DNA of 56,260 nt from Lentisphaeria bacterium (lineage in GTDB: Bacteria; Verrucomicrobiota; Lentisphaeria; JABSQK01; JAWLHB01), in contig JAWLHB010000051.1 in the NCBI GenBank assembly GCA_041690595.1, positions 1-56,260 on the forward strand, read 5' to 3'. Within the stretch, counting starts at the first letter, position 1. Each line of letters begins with the position of its first letter. Both the position numbers and the translations under genes were made by a program. Under the pieces are notes generated by a model. The model saw only the letters and a program-made list of their open reading frames with translations. It did not search any database and was not told where the DNA came from. Positions 28,868-39,892 of the stretch are shown here, piece by piece.

Positions 28868-31800
28868 ATGAGCATCGAGAGCAAGAGTATAGATATTGTC
28901 AACGGAATAGGGCGGTGTAAGGCCGGCAATGAGAGTCTGATATCTCGGGAGGCGATGCGGCACGAGATCGCGGATGCGTTCAGGGTTTTCCGCGCGTTCT
29001 GGTTCTATCCTGACCGGGAGATCGTGCAGCGTCTGGCGCAGGGGGAGTTGCCCTCTTCATTTGTTGGGCGCTTCACGGCGATCAAGAATGAGATCTTCAC
29101 GCGGCTGTCGGGCAACGATCAGTACCTGCGAGGGCGTTTGTACAACGATGCGCGGCTGTCGCTTCGGGTGGTGCGGGCGATCCAGTTCGTGCACCAAGCG
29201 GTGGCGCGTATCGAGCTGCCGAGCATCCTTGGGCGTCGCTTTGTGCTGATCAAGGAGCGGATCGGTAGCCCGACGCTGCTCCATGAGTCGGCGGAGACGA
29301 CGATCATCTCGCACATCGGCCCGGGGCCGGATTGGGAGGAGATCTCGTCGATCTATCTGGGGCTGAACATCTTCGACGTGCTGCGGATCGGGCAGCGAAA
29401 GGGAGATGAGTCTCATTTCGACACCTTCACGCAGTTGCTGACAATCGAAGCGCGTGCGATCGAGACAGGCTACGCTCACATTGAGATCACGGACAAGGGG
29501 CTGTGCCGTCAGGTGGACAGCCTGGTGGACGAGATCCTGCGGATCGGTTCTCTGATGGAGCGGGAGATCGGCTTGATTCCCGAAGATGCGCGTTTCAAAG
29601 CGTTTTCCGAGAAGGCGCGACAGAAGCATCTGCGGCTGCTCAATGCGCGCATGCCTGGGGACGAACTGAATTTTCACTATGACAGTACCGTTGAGGCGAT
29701 CGAGTCGCTGGAGGAGCATGCCAGGCAGTATAAAGGGAGCAGTGATCGAGAGTCGCTTCTGGGCGTCGTGAAGCTGTTGGTAGCTGCTTCGGGGCACGAC
29801 GTGCATGAAGTGCGCGACCGCGCCAACCTGGCGTTGGAGCGGATATTCAGCCCGAAGGAATACGACGCGCCGCTGGCGACGAGCTTCGTGACGCTGAAGG
29901 CGGGCGACAGCCATACTTTTCGCTTCAATCTGACGACCAAGACGGGGAAGTTTTTTCTGCGGCTCTACAGAAATCCGTGCAAGGAGGATCTGTGCGCGTA
30001 CGATGATTTATCGTTTACGCAGCACCCGCTTGTTCTGGATGAGGAGAGCGGCCAGTACTCGTTCACTCACCGCTTCGACAGCTACGGTCAGGTGGACTTC
30101 GTGGTCTTCCGTCAGCATGCGGATCATCATGAGTGGTTGCACGCACCGGGCTTGAGCGGCCGAATCAACGTGGTGCCGGATGTGCGGGGGGAGATCATCC
30201 TGGAGATCTTCACGGATATTCATGGGCATACTCGGGTGTACTGGGGGCGTCCGGAAGGGCACCCGGGGCTGGTGTACAATGAGAACGGGGAAGTGATCCG
30301 GCTTGGGCGCTTCAGTGACGTGGCAGCCCATCTGGAGGATCTGCGGGAGCGGTACCGGATCACGGCGATCTATTTGCTTGGCGTCCAGAAGCGTGGTCAT
30401 AACCGCGAGGATTGGGCGGAAGGTGCTTCATCGCCATCGCCGTTCTCGCCGATGAGCCTGGTGGAGGTGGAGCCACAGCTTGGCGGTGAGGCAGAGTTCA
30501 AAGCGCTGGTCGCCCGGGCGCATGAGTTGGGCATCAAGATCATCGTCGATGTGGTGCCACATCTCAATCGTTACAGCAAGGAGTTGCCCGACGAGGTGGC
30601 GGTACAGTGCTACGGCGATAATGGCAACCTGGCTTACCGTGCCGCCACGGATGGTCGATACGGGTCGTGGAATGATGGACGGCTCCTCAACTACCGTTGC
30701 TGGGAGGTATGGGAGTGGCTCATCCGCTCGGTGGAGATCCTGATCGAGACGTATGACATTGACGGAATCCGCTTCGATTCGGCGCATGCGGTACCGGTGA
30801 TGATGAAGAAGAATAATGACCTGAAGGTCTACTACCACGAGCGAAGCCTGGAGGAGATGGTGACGGGGCGCATCGTGGTAAATGAGCGGGAAGACGATCA
30901 CCTGATCACGACCGGCTTTTATGACTCAGCGTCGCGCGACTTGATCGCGGTGCCGTTGCATCACTACATGATGGCGCGGCTGGAGCGGACGCTGAAGCGG
31001 TGCAACAAGGATTTCTTCATCAATCTGGCGGAGTGCTATTGGGGGCATGAACGTTTCCTGACGCGTTCGGGGATCATTCCCTACAACTCGGCGCTTTTCA
31101 AGATCTGCGAGAGCATCACGCACGGGCAGAGCGACGTCAGTGAGATTTATCATCTTTACGATCGCTATTTTCCTACGGCGCTGCCGGAAGGGTCGGTGAT
31201 GCTGGGGATCCTCGGCAATCACGACGAGCGGCGCGCGCTCAACACGTTCGGGCAGCGTGGATTGCGAGCGGCGATCGCGACGACCATTTTCCTCAGTGAC
31301 ATCGTGATGGATTACGAGGGCAATGCCGAAGGTGAGAGCTGGAAGGTATACCTCGACAACATCTACGTGAACTGGAACCAGTTCGAGTCGGTATCGCATC
31401 GGAGCTTGGAGCGTTATTACCAGCAGTGGTACACGCTGCACGCTGAGTGCCCCGGCCGCGGCTATGTGATTTGGGCGAACAACCCGGTGGTGGCGGCGGC
31501 TATCAAGGTGTCGACCGACGGGACGACCTTCTACGTTGGGGCTTTCAATTTCTCGGACAGCAACCAGGCGGCATCCCTGCAGTTCGACAATCCGCGGTTG
31601 CCCTTGGAGGACGATGCGTGGTATAAGGTGGTGGATCCGCTTTATTCTCCGATCACGGGCCACTGCAGCTACTTCACTGGGCGAGAGCTGAAGGTATCGC
31701 GACTGAATACGATCGTCTCGTTCACGGAGCGGGTGAAGCTGTTGCGGCTGGATCGAGTCGACGATCGGGAGGGGCTCCGTGACGAGTTTTTTCGTGACTC

Positions 31801-33763
31801 CTTCATCCGGCTGTGCGAGATGAGCGATCCGCAACATTTCACGGCCAACTTTGCGTTTCTGGAGTTCGCGGAGAACAGCAGCTCGTACCGCAAGTTCTCG
31901 GCCTTCATCCGACAGCGTCTTCTGGACGGTTTCTGGGAGGAGCGGCGCGAGCAGGTGCAGCTCGGGCTGAAGCGTGTCTGCTTCCACCTCTTCCTGAATG
32001 ATTACCTGACGGCGCACCGGGTGTCGGACTACATCATGCGGATGACGGAGAGCCGCAACGAGCCACTGCGGATGATCGGGAGTGGCCTGGAGTTCCACAA
32101 CCAGCCTGGCCCCATGGTCTTCATGTCGGCGGAAATGGAGCCGTTCAGCAAGAGTGGCGGTCTCGCGAATGTTGTCTACGAGCTTCCGCGGCAGCTTGCG
32201 CGGCTGGGTGAAGAGGTCTATGCGATCACGCCGTTGTATCGGCAGGGTCCCCCCAAGGCGCAACACATGATGCAGACGGCAATCGATCAGCATGGCATCA
32301 CGTACAGCGGGCGCACGGTGCGCTTCATGGTGATGAATCAGGAATATGAAGTGGGCGTGTTTTCGGGCGAGGTGGATGGCATACGCGTCTTTCTTCTGGA
32401 CAATGCCGAGCTGTTCGACGGGCTTTATTGGGGCATCACGTCGCAGGAGAAGCTGCGACGGCGAATTGGTTTTGCTCGCGCCTGCACAGAGTTAATCTGC
32501 AGTTTCGGTCTTCATCCCCTTTTCACCTTCACGAACGACGCCTTTACGGGGCCTTTCAACGGTATCGTGCGCAGTGACCCGCTCTACCTGTACAACCCGA
32601 ATTTCCGGCGCACGTCGTTCCTGCACATCATGCACAACGGCGGCTGGCAGTATTTCGATTCCTTCCATCGGTGGGAGGAAGGCTTCGACCTCTTTAACCT
32701 CTTCAACCTGCCAGCCTGGCGTGCCGATGAGTTTGTCGACCCAGTGCACGGGGATCGTCTCAACTGCATGGCGGCTGGTGTTCGCTTCGCGGATCGTGTC
32801 TTCACGGTCAGTCCTTCTTATGCGACGCAGGTGCAGTATGCCTGCGATGGCCTGGAGCACATTCTGAAGGATGTCATCGGCATCAGCAATGGCATCGGCC
32901 ATGACTTTGGCGCGAGGGTACGCGCACGGTTCGAGGCCTCGGGCTTCACCAGGAATCTGGAGCCGAGGCTGCTGGACGAGATCTCGGCGAACAGCGGGCT
33001 GCGCAAGGAGTTGGAGCGTCGCTATCCGGAGCTTGTTGACGGCTATGCGGCGGTCAGCGAGATCACGGATGTGAAGCGGCGATCGATACTGCAGCGACTG
33101 GCGCACAAGCTGATGCTGCAGATCGACCGGAATCTGGAGGTGACACTCGACAAGCCGTTGTTCGTCATGATCCACCGCATTACGGAGCAGAAAGGGTGGC
33201 AGTTGCTGCTGGAAGCTTCGGAAGGGATCTTTGGCAAACTTGGCTACCAGGCGGTGCTTGGCGGCGCGGTGGCATCGGGAGATCGTCGCGGCGAGGAGAT
33301 AGTCGAGGGTTTATGGAAGCTGAAGGAGTTCTACCCGCGGGCTATCGACGTGCAGTTCGGTTTCCAGGATATCGCCATACCGTTCATGGCGGCGGACGTT
33401 GTGGGAATGCCCTCACAGAGTGAGCCTGGCGGCCTGGTGCAGTTGGAGGCGTTTGCCTGCAGCAACTTCGTTGTGGCGCGGGCGACGGGAGGGCTGCGCG
33501 ATACGGTCTATCCGGTCCGCGTGCAGAAGAACAGCGTCAGCGGCAACGGCTTTCTCTTTTCCGACTATACGCATTGGGCACTCTATGATGCCATGGAGCG
33601 CGCAGCGGATTTCCTGCGTACGGCTGGAGACGATGTCATCCATGCGGCACGTCAAAATGCCGAGGCGAGCGTCTTCCATTGGGATCGACCGGCGCTACAA
33701 TACATTGCCAATGCGTATATGATCAAGGAAATCATCCGTCCCATAGACGTGATCGAGGGGTAA
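28868..33763 (+). CDS. GH13 alpha-amylase-like domain fused to glycogen synthase (GT5)
   Basis: GH13 motifs DVVPH, DGIRFDSAH, LAECYW, LGNHDE; GT5 motifs SAEMEPFSKSGGLANVV, TVSPSYA, RITEQKG, MPSQSEPGGLVQLEA, RATGGLRDTV. Start is uncertain (28868 or 28955). Confidence 0.88.
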   Translation: MSIESKSIDIVNGIGRCKAGNESLISREAMRHEIADAFRVFRAFWFYPDREIVQRLAQGELPSSFVGRFTAIKNEIFTRLSGNDQYLRGRLYNDARLSLRVVRAIQFVHQAVARIELPSILGRRFVLIKERIGSPTLLHESAETTIISHIGPGPDWEEISSIYLGLNIFDVLRIGQRKGDESHFDTFTQLLTIEARAIETGYAHIEITDKGLCRQVDSLVDEILRIGSLMEREIGLIPEDARFKAFSEKARQKHLRLLNARMPGDELNFHYDSTVEAIESLEEHARQYKGSSDRESLLGVVKLLVAASGHDVHEVRDRANLALERIFSPKEYDAPLATSFVTLKAGDSHTFRFNLTTKTGKFFLRLYRNPCKEDLCAYDDLSFTQHPLVLDEESGQYSFTHRFDSYGQVDFVVFRQHADHHEWLHAPGLSGRINVVPDVRGEIILEIFTDIHGHTRVYWGRPEGHPGLVYNENGEVIRLGRFSDVAAHLEDLRERYRITAIYLLGVQKRGHNREDWAEGASSPSPFSPMSLVEVEPQLGGEAEFKALVARAHELGIKIIVDVVPHLNRYSKELPDEVAVQCYGDNGNLAYRAATDGRYGSWNDGRLLNYRCWEVWEWLIRSVEILIETYDIDGIRFDSAHAVPVMMKKNNDLKVYYHERSLEEMVTGRIVVNEREDDHLITTGFYDSASRDLIAVPLHHYMMARLERTLKRCNKDFFINLAECYWGHERFLTRSGIIPYNSALFKICESITHGQSDVSEIYHLYDRYFPTALPEGSVMLGILGNHDERRALNTFGQRGLRAAIATTIFLSDIVMDYEGNAEGESWKVYLDNIYVNWNQFESVSHRSLERYYQQWYTLHAECPGRGYVIWANNPVVAAAIKVSTDGTTFYVGAFNFSDSNQAASLQFDNPRLPLEDDAWYKVVDPLYSPITGHCSYFTGRELKVSRLNTIVSFTERVKLLRLDRVDDREGLRDEFFRDSFIRLCEMSDPQHFTANFAFLEFAENSSSYRKFSAFIRQRLLDGFWEERREQVQLGLKRVCFHLFLNDYLTAHRVSDYIMRMTESRNEPLRMIGSGLEFHNQPGPMVFMSAEMEPFSKSGGLANVVYELPRQLARLGEEVYAITPLYRQGPPKAQHMMQTAIDQHGITYSGRTVRFMVMNQEYEVGVFSGEVDGIRVFLLDNAELFDGLYWGITSQEKLRRRIGFARACTELICSFGLHPLFTFTNDAFTGPFNGIVRSDPLYLYNPNFRRTSFLHIMHNGGWQYFDSFHRWEEGFDLFNLFNLPAWRADEFVDPVHGDRLNCMAAGVRFADRVFTVSPSYATQVQYACDGLEHILKDVIGISNGIGHDFGARVRARFEASGFTRNLEPRLLDEISANSGLRKELERRYPELVDGYAAVSEITDVKRRSILQRLAHKLMLQIDRNLEVTLDKPLFVMIHRITEQKGWQLLLEASEGIFGKLGYQAVLGGAVASGDRRGEEIVEGLWKLKEFYPRAIDVQFGFQDIAIPFMAADVVGMPSQSEPGGLVQLEAFACSNFVVARATGGLRDTVYPVRVQKNSVSGNGFLFSDYTHWALYDAMERAADFLRTAGDDVIHAARQNAEASVFHWDRPALQYIANAYMIKEIIRPIDVIEG

Positions 33764-33775
33764 CAAACGGGGGGC

Positions 33776-35692
33776 ATGGGGATGTCTGAAGGGGATTTTC
33801 TTGTCAGTTGTGACGAGACGACAGGCTTGGTGCGTTCGGTGCGGCTGTATGGCCGGGAGCTTCTGGACAGCAGTGCGCCATGCTCGTCGCCGCTCCATGT
33901 GAACGGCAGGCCGTTGCGGACGCGGCGGGTTGCCGAGCGAATCTCCCGCGACAGCGATCCGGCCCTATCGGCGCGCTTTCGTGGGGAGTGCTTCACCGAC
34001 CATTTTTCGGGCTGGGGCTTGTATGTGACCCGGGATATGGGGCTTCGGGAGTACGCCAGCCATCCAGTCTTCGGGATCAACCTGACGGTGCGCCGGGATG
34101 CGGCGGAGATGGTGGATCTGCCCTGTCCGGGACCAGGCGGGCCCGTCGTCGAGGCGCCGCTTTTTGTCGATTCGTTGAGTGTTCTGAACTGGAACTGGCA
34201 GTTCTGGGGCGAGCAGACCCGCATGATCTTTCTCTCATCGCATTCCAATGGGCCGACGGACGAATTCGGCCACGTGGGATATGAGAACGATACGCCGGAG
34301 AAGGCGAAGCAGTATATGCGGAATGTGTGGCGGCGCATTTATCCGGGAGTCATGGTAATTCCGGGGGGGCTCTATTACAATGCGGAAACGGGAGACTGGC
34401 TGGCGATCACCTGCCGCCGCGCGCAGGTTGGCTTCATTCTGAATCTGGAGACCGCGGGGCGGGGCGTCGCCTACGATTTTACGCTGCATGTGCCGTTTCA
34501 GCCGAACGATTTTCTGCGGCTGCCGGAGATCAAGCTTTACTATGGCGACACGCGGGAGGGGATGTGGGAGTTCCTGGCGGAGTTTGCGACGCATTACTAT
34601 CAGCAGCCGGCGGAGTGGCTTTACCGAACGGTTTTCGCACATGGCCTTGCCTGGAACAACGAGCCGACCTGGGGCCGACAGGCGGACCAGTGGGAGCGGC
34701 TGGTGGATGACGGCACGTGCAGCGGCATCTCCTACAGCCTGGTCACGAACCGACCGGTGCGCAGTGGCACGACGCCGTTCGGCTATGAGCCCGATCCGAA
34801 TCATGGCACGAAGGAGGAGTTCCGCGCCTGCTGTCGGCGGTTGGCCGATCGCAACGTGCCCTTCTTCACGTGGATGTCGCACAGCGGCATGACGGTGGGA
34901 GCGCCCGAGGTGGACGACGACTGGTTCATTCGGGGCATAGATGGCCGGCTTTGCGGCTCCTGGGGTGATGAAGGGGTGGCCATGTACCACATCAATCCAG
35001 GGCATCCGGGCTACATCGATTACACGCGGCGCTGGATCGACTTCTATATCGGAGAATGCGGGGCTAAGGGAATCTTCCTCGACTGCCTCGGCTGGGCCTT
35101 CCCGCCGGATTACCGGCCACGCGCTTTCATGCGCCATCCGGGCGATACCAACGTCATGGCGATCCGCTTCATGGAGGCGATCCATGAGCATGTGAAACGG
35201 GTGGATCCGGAGGCGGTCGTACTGGGGGAGGGAACGTCGCTGGACGGCCCGGTGGATGTCTTCTCGATCAACAGCAATCCGGTGCGCGCGATCGACGGGC
35301 TTGGTCCCCGGGACGTGATGCAGTTGCTCAATCGGTGGTCGACCAAGCGTATCACCATGGATCAGGGAGCGTCGTTCTGCCCCGGGCTCGGCATGTGCAC
35401 GATCGATGATCGTCCCGGCGCCGAGGCGCGAAATCGACGTATGACGGAGCTGCTTCGCGATCACGGTTCGGCGCGGGCATTCCAACACCTGCCGGGCGAT
35501 CTGTCGATTCATGCGGAGGAGCGCGTGCTGGTCGTGCCGAAGAGTCAGGAGCCGCGCAGTTTCACGTTGCCAGATGCGTGGGGGCAGGTCGGCCGGTTGG
35601 TCAGCGATGTGGCCGCGGAACGTGGGGCGTTCAACGCCGATGGCGAGGGCTTCTTCACGGGGGTGCCGACAGGTATCTACCGCATGGAGTAA
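33776..35692 (+). CDS. Putative TIM-barrel glycoside hydrolase of unclear family
   Basis: YEPDPNHGTKEEFRACC, INPGHPGYIDY, AKGIFLDCLG pattern resembles GH13/GH36/DUF6259-type barrels; no signal peptide. Confidence 0.55.
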   Translation: MGMSEGDFLVSCDETTGLVRSVRLYGRELLDSSAPCSSPLHVNGRPLRTRRVAERISRDSDPALSARFRGECFTDHFSGWGLYVTRDMGLREYASHPVFGINLTVRRDAAEMVDLPCPGPGGPVVEAPLFVDSLSVLNWNWQFWGEQTRMIFLSSHSNGPTDEFGHVGYENDTPEKAKQYMRNVWRRIYPGVMVIPGGLYYNAETGDWLAITCRRAQVGFILNLETAGRGVAYDFTLHVPFQPNDFLRLPEIKLYYGDTREGMWEFLAEFATHYYQQPAEWLYRTVFAHGLAWNNEPTWGRQADQWERLVDDGTCSGISYSLVTNRPVRSGTTPFGYEPDPNHGTKEEFRACCRRLADRNVPFFTWMSHSGMTVGAPEVDDDWFIRGIDGRLCGSWGDEGVAMYHINPGHPGYIDYTRRWIDFYIGECGAKGIFLDCLGWAFPPDYRPRAFMRHPGDTNVMAIRFMEAIHEHVKRVDPEAVVLGEGTSLDGPVDVFSINSNPVRAIDGLGPRDVMQLLNRWSTKRITMDQGASFCPGLGMCTIDDRPGAEARNRRMTELLRDHGSARAFQHLPGDLSIHAEERVLVVPKSQEPRSFTLPDAWGQVGRLVSDVAAERGAFNADGEGFFTGVPTGIYRME

Positions 35693-35821
35693 GGGGTGTG
35701 AGACGTGCTATCCAAAAAAGCCGGTAAAAGACAAATGGTGAAGTGGCACGGGGCTGACGGGGCTGCTCTATTAGCAGGCAGTTATAGTTACTAACCAAGT
35801 CGCATGTGGAGTTCAGTCACG

Positions 35822-37759
35822 ATGTCAGATCACGCTTTTCCCGTAGTGGCCTATCAGATCGATGTTGCGCGTCGGCTCGAGCGCATGGAGACGCTGTCGG
35901 AATGCGTGGAGACGCTGAGTGACTGTGGGTACACAGCCTGCATGCTCTACCTGGAAGACGCGTATCAGTATCCGCGGCACCCGCGCATCGGACGCCGACA
36001 CGCGTATTCTCCATCTCAGATGAAGGCGTTGCAGGAACAGTGCGCACGGCACGGTCAGGAACTGATTCCGGTGATTCCGGCGCTGGGCCATGCGGCGTAC
36101 ATCACCTCGAAGGAAGGCTATGCGACCTACGACGAAGGGCGCGGCAGTGACAAGCTCACCTCGACGGTCAGTCCATCCTTCCCAGAGACCTATGAATTGC
36201 TGGGGGAGTTGTTTGCGGACTGGTGCGAGCATGTACCGGGAAGGTATCTGCATGTGGGGCTGGATGAGAGTCCGGCCATGGGGCAGTGGGCGGAACGGCA
36301 AGGAGAAACCGTCGAACACGCGGCGTTGTTTGCGGAGCACTGCAATCAGCTCAACGCGCTGGTGAAGGGGCTGGGGCGGCGGATGATCATGTGGGGCGAC
36401 ATGTTCTACTACTTTCCCGCGGCGATCGAGCTGGTGGACAGGGATATCATCGTAGCGGACTGGTACTATTATCCGTTCCCGGTGACGCCACGGATCGAGG
36501 CATTCAATTTCTCGGACGTCGATTTGACGGGGGAACTGATCAAGCGTGGTTTCGAGGTGTGGGGCGCGCCATCGACCTGGCCGAACATGCCGTTTCCAAA
36601 CGTGGAAGAACGATGGGCGAACGTGAGCGACTGGTGCCGCTATGGGAAGGAACGGGGCATGCAGGGGCTGCTGATCACGGACTGGGAGAACAGCACGGGC
36701 TTCTGCGGCAACATCGCGCTGGTCATGCGCGCCTTCGGGCTTGCTCTGAGTGGCGGCGGCGATGTGGAGGCCGAACTGCGGCGCAGTCTCGCGGAGATGA
36801 CGGGGCTTCCCGAGGCCGCGGAGCTGGCCGAAGAGCTGATCGAGCTGGGGCGGCATCATCTGACGGGGCGAGACGACCGCGTGATCTTCTTCAGTCCATT
36901 GGAGACGCAGATCATCGCTGAACGCCAGTCGTTATGCCGTGAACACTGGGAGGCGACGCGCGACCTTCTGCCGTCGCTGCTGGACCTCGAGGGCAAGACA
37001 AAACTTCCTGAAGGCAAACACCTGTTGGCGAGCCTGCGGCTGAGCCATCGGCTGACGGTGCTGGCATGGCAGCTGGGCTGGTCCATGCCAGCCTTCATGG
37101 AGAGGTTGCGTGCCGTGGCACATGGGCAGGTAGACAACCAGCTGGCGAAGGATTTCCAGGCGCTGGCCGATGAGATGGAAAGCTTTTCTCGGCAGTATGC
37201 GATGTACTGGAATGAGGTGCGGTTTGCGGATGATGCGGGCTCGACCGTCGCCTGGGCGGAGGGCGTGGCGATGAAGCTGCGAGGGTGGGGGGCGTTACTG
37301 GAGGATCTCCAGCCAGCACCGGAACATCCGCTCTACGTGCAGTCGCGGCTGATTTGCCATCTGAAATGTCGCCATCCGGCGCTGCCGGTCCTGATGCAGA
37401 CCATACGTTGGAAGGATGGGCATGAGCAGCGCAGTGGATTGGCAATGATACGCTTTGCGGGGCCGTTCGCGCAGCCGGACAAGGAATGGGAGGAGTTTCG
37501 CTGCATGGTGCTGGAGCGTAACGAGCTGCCGGAGGAGATCACGTTGACCTCCAACAACTATGGAGAAGTGGGCGTCGCGGACGTAATCGTCGAGCGCGGC
37601 GACCAGCGCCATCATTACTATGCGGCGGAAAGCGCCGGAGAGTACGTGGCGCGCGAGGGCGGTGTGGTATGGCTGGGACCGATCGGCGCGGCGCAGACGG
37701 ATCCCACCACGCGCCCAACACAGGACTGGGCGCGATTCCGGCTGCAGGGCAGCCAGTAA
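35822..37759 (+). CDS. GH20-like beta-N-acetylhexosaminidase
   Basis: LIPVIPALGH, YLHVGLDES (HxGxDE), MIMWGDM, ITDWE; the start could also be 35804. Confidence 0.8.
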   Translation: MSDHAFPVVAYQIDVARRLERMETLSECVETLSDCGYTACMLYLEDAYQYPRHPRIGRRHAYSPSQMKALQEQCARHGQELIPVIPALGHAAYITSKEGYATYDEGRGSDKLTSTVSPSFPETYELLGELFADWCEHVPGRYLHVGLDESPAMGQWAERQGETVEHAALFAEHCNQLNALVKGLGRRMIMWGDMFYYFPAAIELVDRDIIVADWYYYPFPVTPRIEAFNFSDVDLTGELIKRGFEVWGAPSTWPNMPFPNVEERWANVSDWCRYGKERGMQGLLITDWENSTGFCGNIALVMRAFGLALSGGGDVEAELRRSLAEMTGLPEAAELAEELIELGRHHLTGRDDRVIFFSPLETQIIAERQSLCREHWEATRDLLPSLLDLEGKTKLPEGKHLLASLRLSHRLTVLAWQLGWSMPAFMERLRAVAHGQVDNQLAKDFQALADEMESFSRQYAMYWNEVRFADDAGSTVAWAEGVAMKLRGWGALLEDLQPAPEHPLYVQSRLICHLKCRHPALPVLMQTIRWKDGHEQRSGLAMIRFAGPFAQPDKEWEEFRCMVLERNELPEEITLTSNNYGEVGVADVIVERGDQRHHYYAAESAGEYVAREGGVVWLGPIGAAQTDPTTRPTQDWARFRLQGSQ

Positions 37760-37789
37760 TCGGCAGGACAAACAAGCTGGGGCAGGAGC

Positions 37790-38563
37790 ATGATGGGTAT
37801 CTTGGAGCGATTTCGACTGAATGGCCGGACGGCACTGGTAACCGGCGGCACCAAAGGACTGGGCAAGGCGATGGCGATGGCAATGGCGGAAGCCGGAGCC
37901 AATGTCATCGTCTGCAGCCGTCATGAGACAGACTGCGAGACAGTTGCCGCGGAGCTTTGTGCGTCAGCCGGGGGGGAGGCAATGGGGATCTGTGCGGACA
38001 TCACCGACGCAGTTGCCGTTGAGGAGATGGTTCGCCGCACGAAGGAGCGATTTGGCTCCATCGATATCCTGATCAACAGCGCGGGGATCAATATCCGGCA
38101 TCTGATCGAGCAGTATCCAGTGGAGGATTTTGACCGTGTCGTGGCAACGAATCTGAAAGGCAGTTGGCTCTGTTGCCGGGCGGTGAGTGAGACGATGAAG
38201 GCGCAGGGATGTGGGTCGGTGATCAACGTCAGTTCGGCGCTCGGGCTGGTGGGGCTGGCGGAGCGGACCGCCTATTGCGCGACCAAGGCCGCGATCATCG
38301 GGCTGACGCGGACGCTGGCTCTGGAGTGGGCGGCATCCGGGGTTCGCTGCAACGCGATTTGCCCGGGGCCTTTCATGACGGAGATCAATCAGGTGCTGTT
38401 GCAGGATCCGGCGAAGGCCGCACAGGTCGTCGGGCAGACGGCCATGAAACGCTGGGGCGAATTGGAGGAGATCCAGGGGATCGCACTCTTTCTGGCCAGC
38501 GATGCCTCATCCTATATGACTGGAGCGTCGCTCGCCATCGATGGGGGCTGGGTGGCTGGTTGA
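37790..38563 (+). CDS. SDR oxidoreductase (gluconate 5-dehydrogenase/KduD-like)
   Basis: TGGTKGLG, INSAG, YCATK, NAICPGPF, DGGW. Confidence 0.92.
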   Translation: MMGILERFRLNGRTALVTGGTKGLGKAMAMAMAEAGANVIVCSRHETDCETVAAELCASAGGEAMGICADITDAVAVEEMVRRTKERFGSIDILINSAGINIRHLIEQYPVEDFDRVVATNLKGSWLCCRAVSETMKAQGCGSVINVSSALGLVGLAERTAYCATKAAIIGLTRTLALEWAASGVRCNAICPGPFMTEINQVLLQDPAKAAQVVGQTAMKRWGELEEIQGIALFLASDASSYMTGASLAIDGGWVAG

Positions 38564-38611
38564 ACGGCACGGCGCCGGGCGAAACGTGCGCTCCGGCGAC
38601 GAAGGCCGGGA

Positions 38612-39724
38612 TCAGCCGGCGTGGACAGGCTTGCGGTAATGGCTGGCCAGTTTGGTGCCTTCTTCGAAGAAGTAGAGAAGAGTTTCGTAGTCGACCTCCG
38701 GCGGGATCGAATGGTCGGAGTGGAGGACGTAGCCGCCCCCGAGTTCCATGACCGGGATGATCTTCTTCTCGAGTTCGGCCTTGATGCGGGCGCGGTCGTT
38801 CGAGATGAGTTCGCGAACGTCGATGTTGCCGAAGAAGGCAATCTTGTCGCCGTAATTACGGGCCATGCGTGGCATATCCATGCCGGCTTTGACTTCCATG
38901 GCCTGGAGGCAATCGAGACCAGCTTCGATGAGGCCGGGCACGAGCGGCTCGACAAAGCCGCAGGAGTGAACCATGACCTTCAAATCGCGTGCATGCGCGA
39001 AGTCGAAGAGCAGCTTGTGACCGGGCAGCATGATCTCGCGATACATGGCGGGCGACATGAAGGGGCGCTGCTTGAAGCCCATGTCTTCATAGAAGAAGAT
39101 GCCGTCGGGAGTGCCTTCCTCGGCGAAGAGGATCTCCAGATGGTCGACGGTCATGCGTGCATAGGTCATGACCATGTCTTTGATCCATTCAGGATCGAGA
39201 GCCATACCCATACACATGTATTCATGGCCGCAGACTGGGTGCATCTGTTCGAAGGGAGCGACACCTGCCCAAGCGAAGAACTCCTGACGATCGGCGGCGG
39301 TCTTCTTTGCCTGGCGATACCCCTCAAAGGGGATTCGGCGGCGATCGACGGCATCGAAGTGAGGCCGGATGAGTTCATTCCACTTGGCCCGGTCCTTGAC
39401 GTCGAAGTCGACGTGTTCGGGGGTGCTGGCATGTTGCTTGTGGGTGCGCAGGGTGGCGCCGTTGCCGCTTTTCTGGAGTATGGTCTCTTCGGTTTCTTCG
39501 AGGATGACCGGTGTGAAGTCGAGATCAGCGGTAGAGTTGAGCCATCCACCGGTGCGGAGGCTGAAGTTGAAGTGGCTGGTGAGATCTTCGCCTTCCTTGA
39601 GGTGCCCTTCGCTGGTCCAGCGCTTCACTGTCTCGCCCCAGATGCTCTCCGAATGCGGCAACAAGTCGACAGGCTGGCGGTTGAGGGCGCGCGTCATGCG
39701 TTCGTAACCGGTCATGGGACTCAT
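38612..39724 (-). CDS. Uroporphyrinogen decarboxylase-superfamily (URO-D-like) protein
   Basis: YEDMGFKQRPFMSP, MVHSCG, FFGNID, GGYVLHSDHSIPPEV; RBS AAGGAG. Confidence 0.85.
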   Translation of the reverse strand: MSPMTGYERMTRALNRQPVDLLPHSESIWGETVKRWTSEGHLKEGEDLTSHFNFSLRTGGWLNSTADLDFTPVILEETEETILQKSGNGATLRTHKQHASTPEHVDFDVKDRAKWNELIRPHFDAVDRRRIPFEGYRQAKKTAADRQEFFAWAGVAPFEQMHPVCGHEYMCMGMALDPEWIKDMVMTYARMTVDHLEILFAEEGTPDGIFFYEDMGFKQRPFMSPAMYREIMLPGHKLLFDFAHARDLKVMVHSCGFVEPLVPGLIEAGLDCLQAMEVKAGMDMPRMARNYGDKIAFFGNIDVRELISNDRARIKAELEKKIIPVMELGGGYVLHSDHSIPPEVDYETLLYFFEEGTKLASHYRKPVHAG

Positions 39725-39892
39725 GGACAACTCCTTGGCTTGCTGAAGCGTAAGCAGAATGGCGGGGCGTGTGCGGTGATACCGTATGGCAGGCGCGTTG
39801 GCATGCAAGCGCTGCCTGTGCGGATGATCACGAAAGCCAAGAAAATGAGCATGACGGATAGGCGGGCGGCCACGGCCGCGGCGATGGAACGC

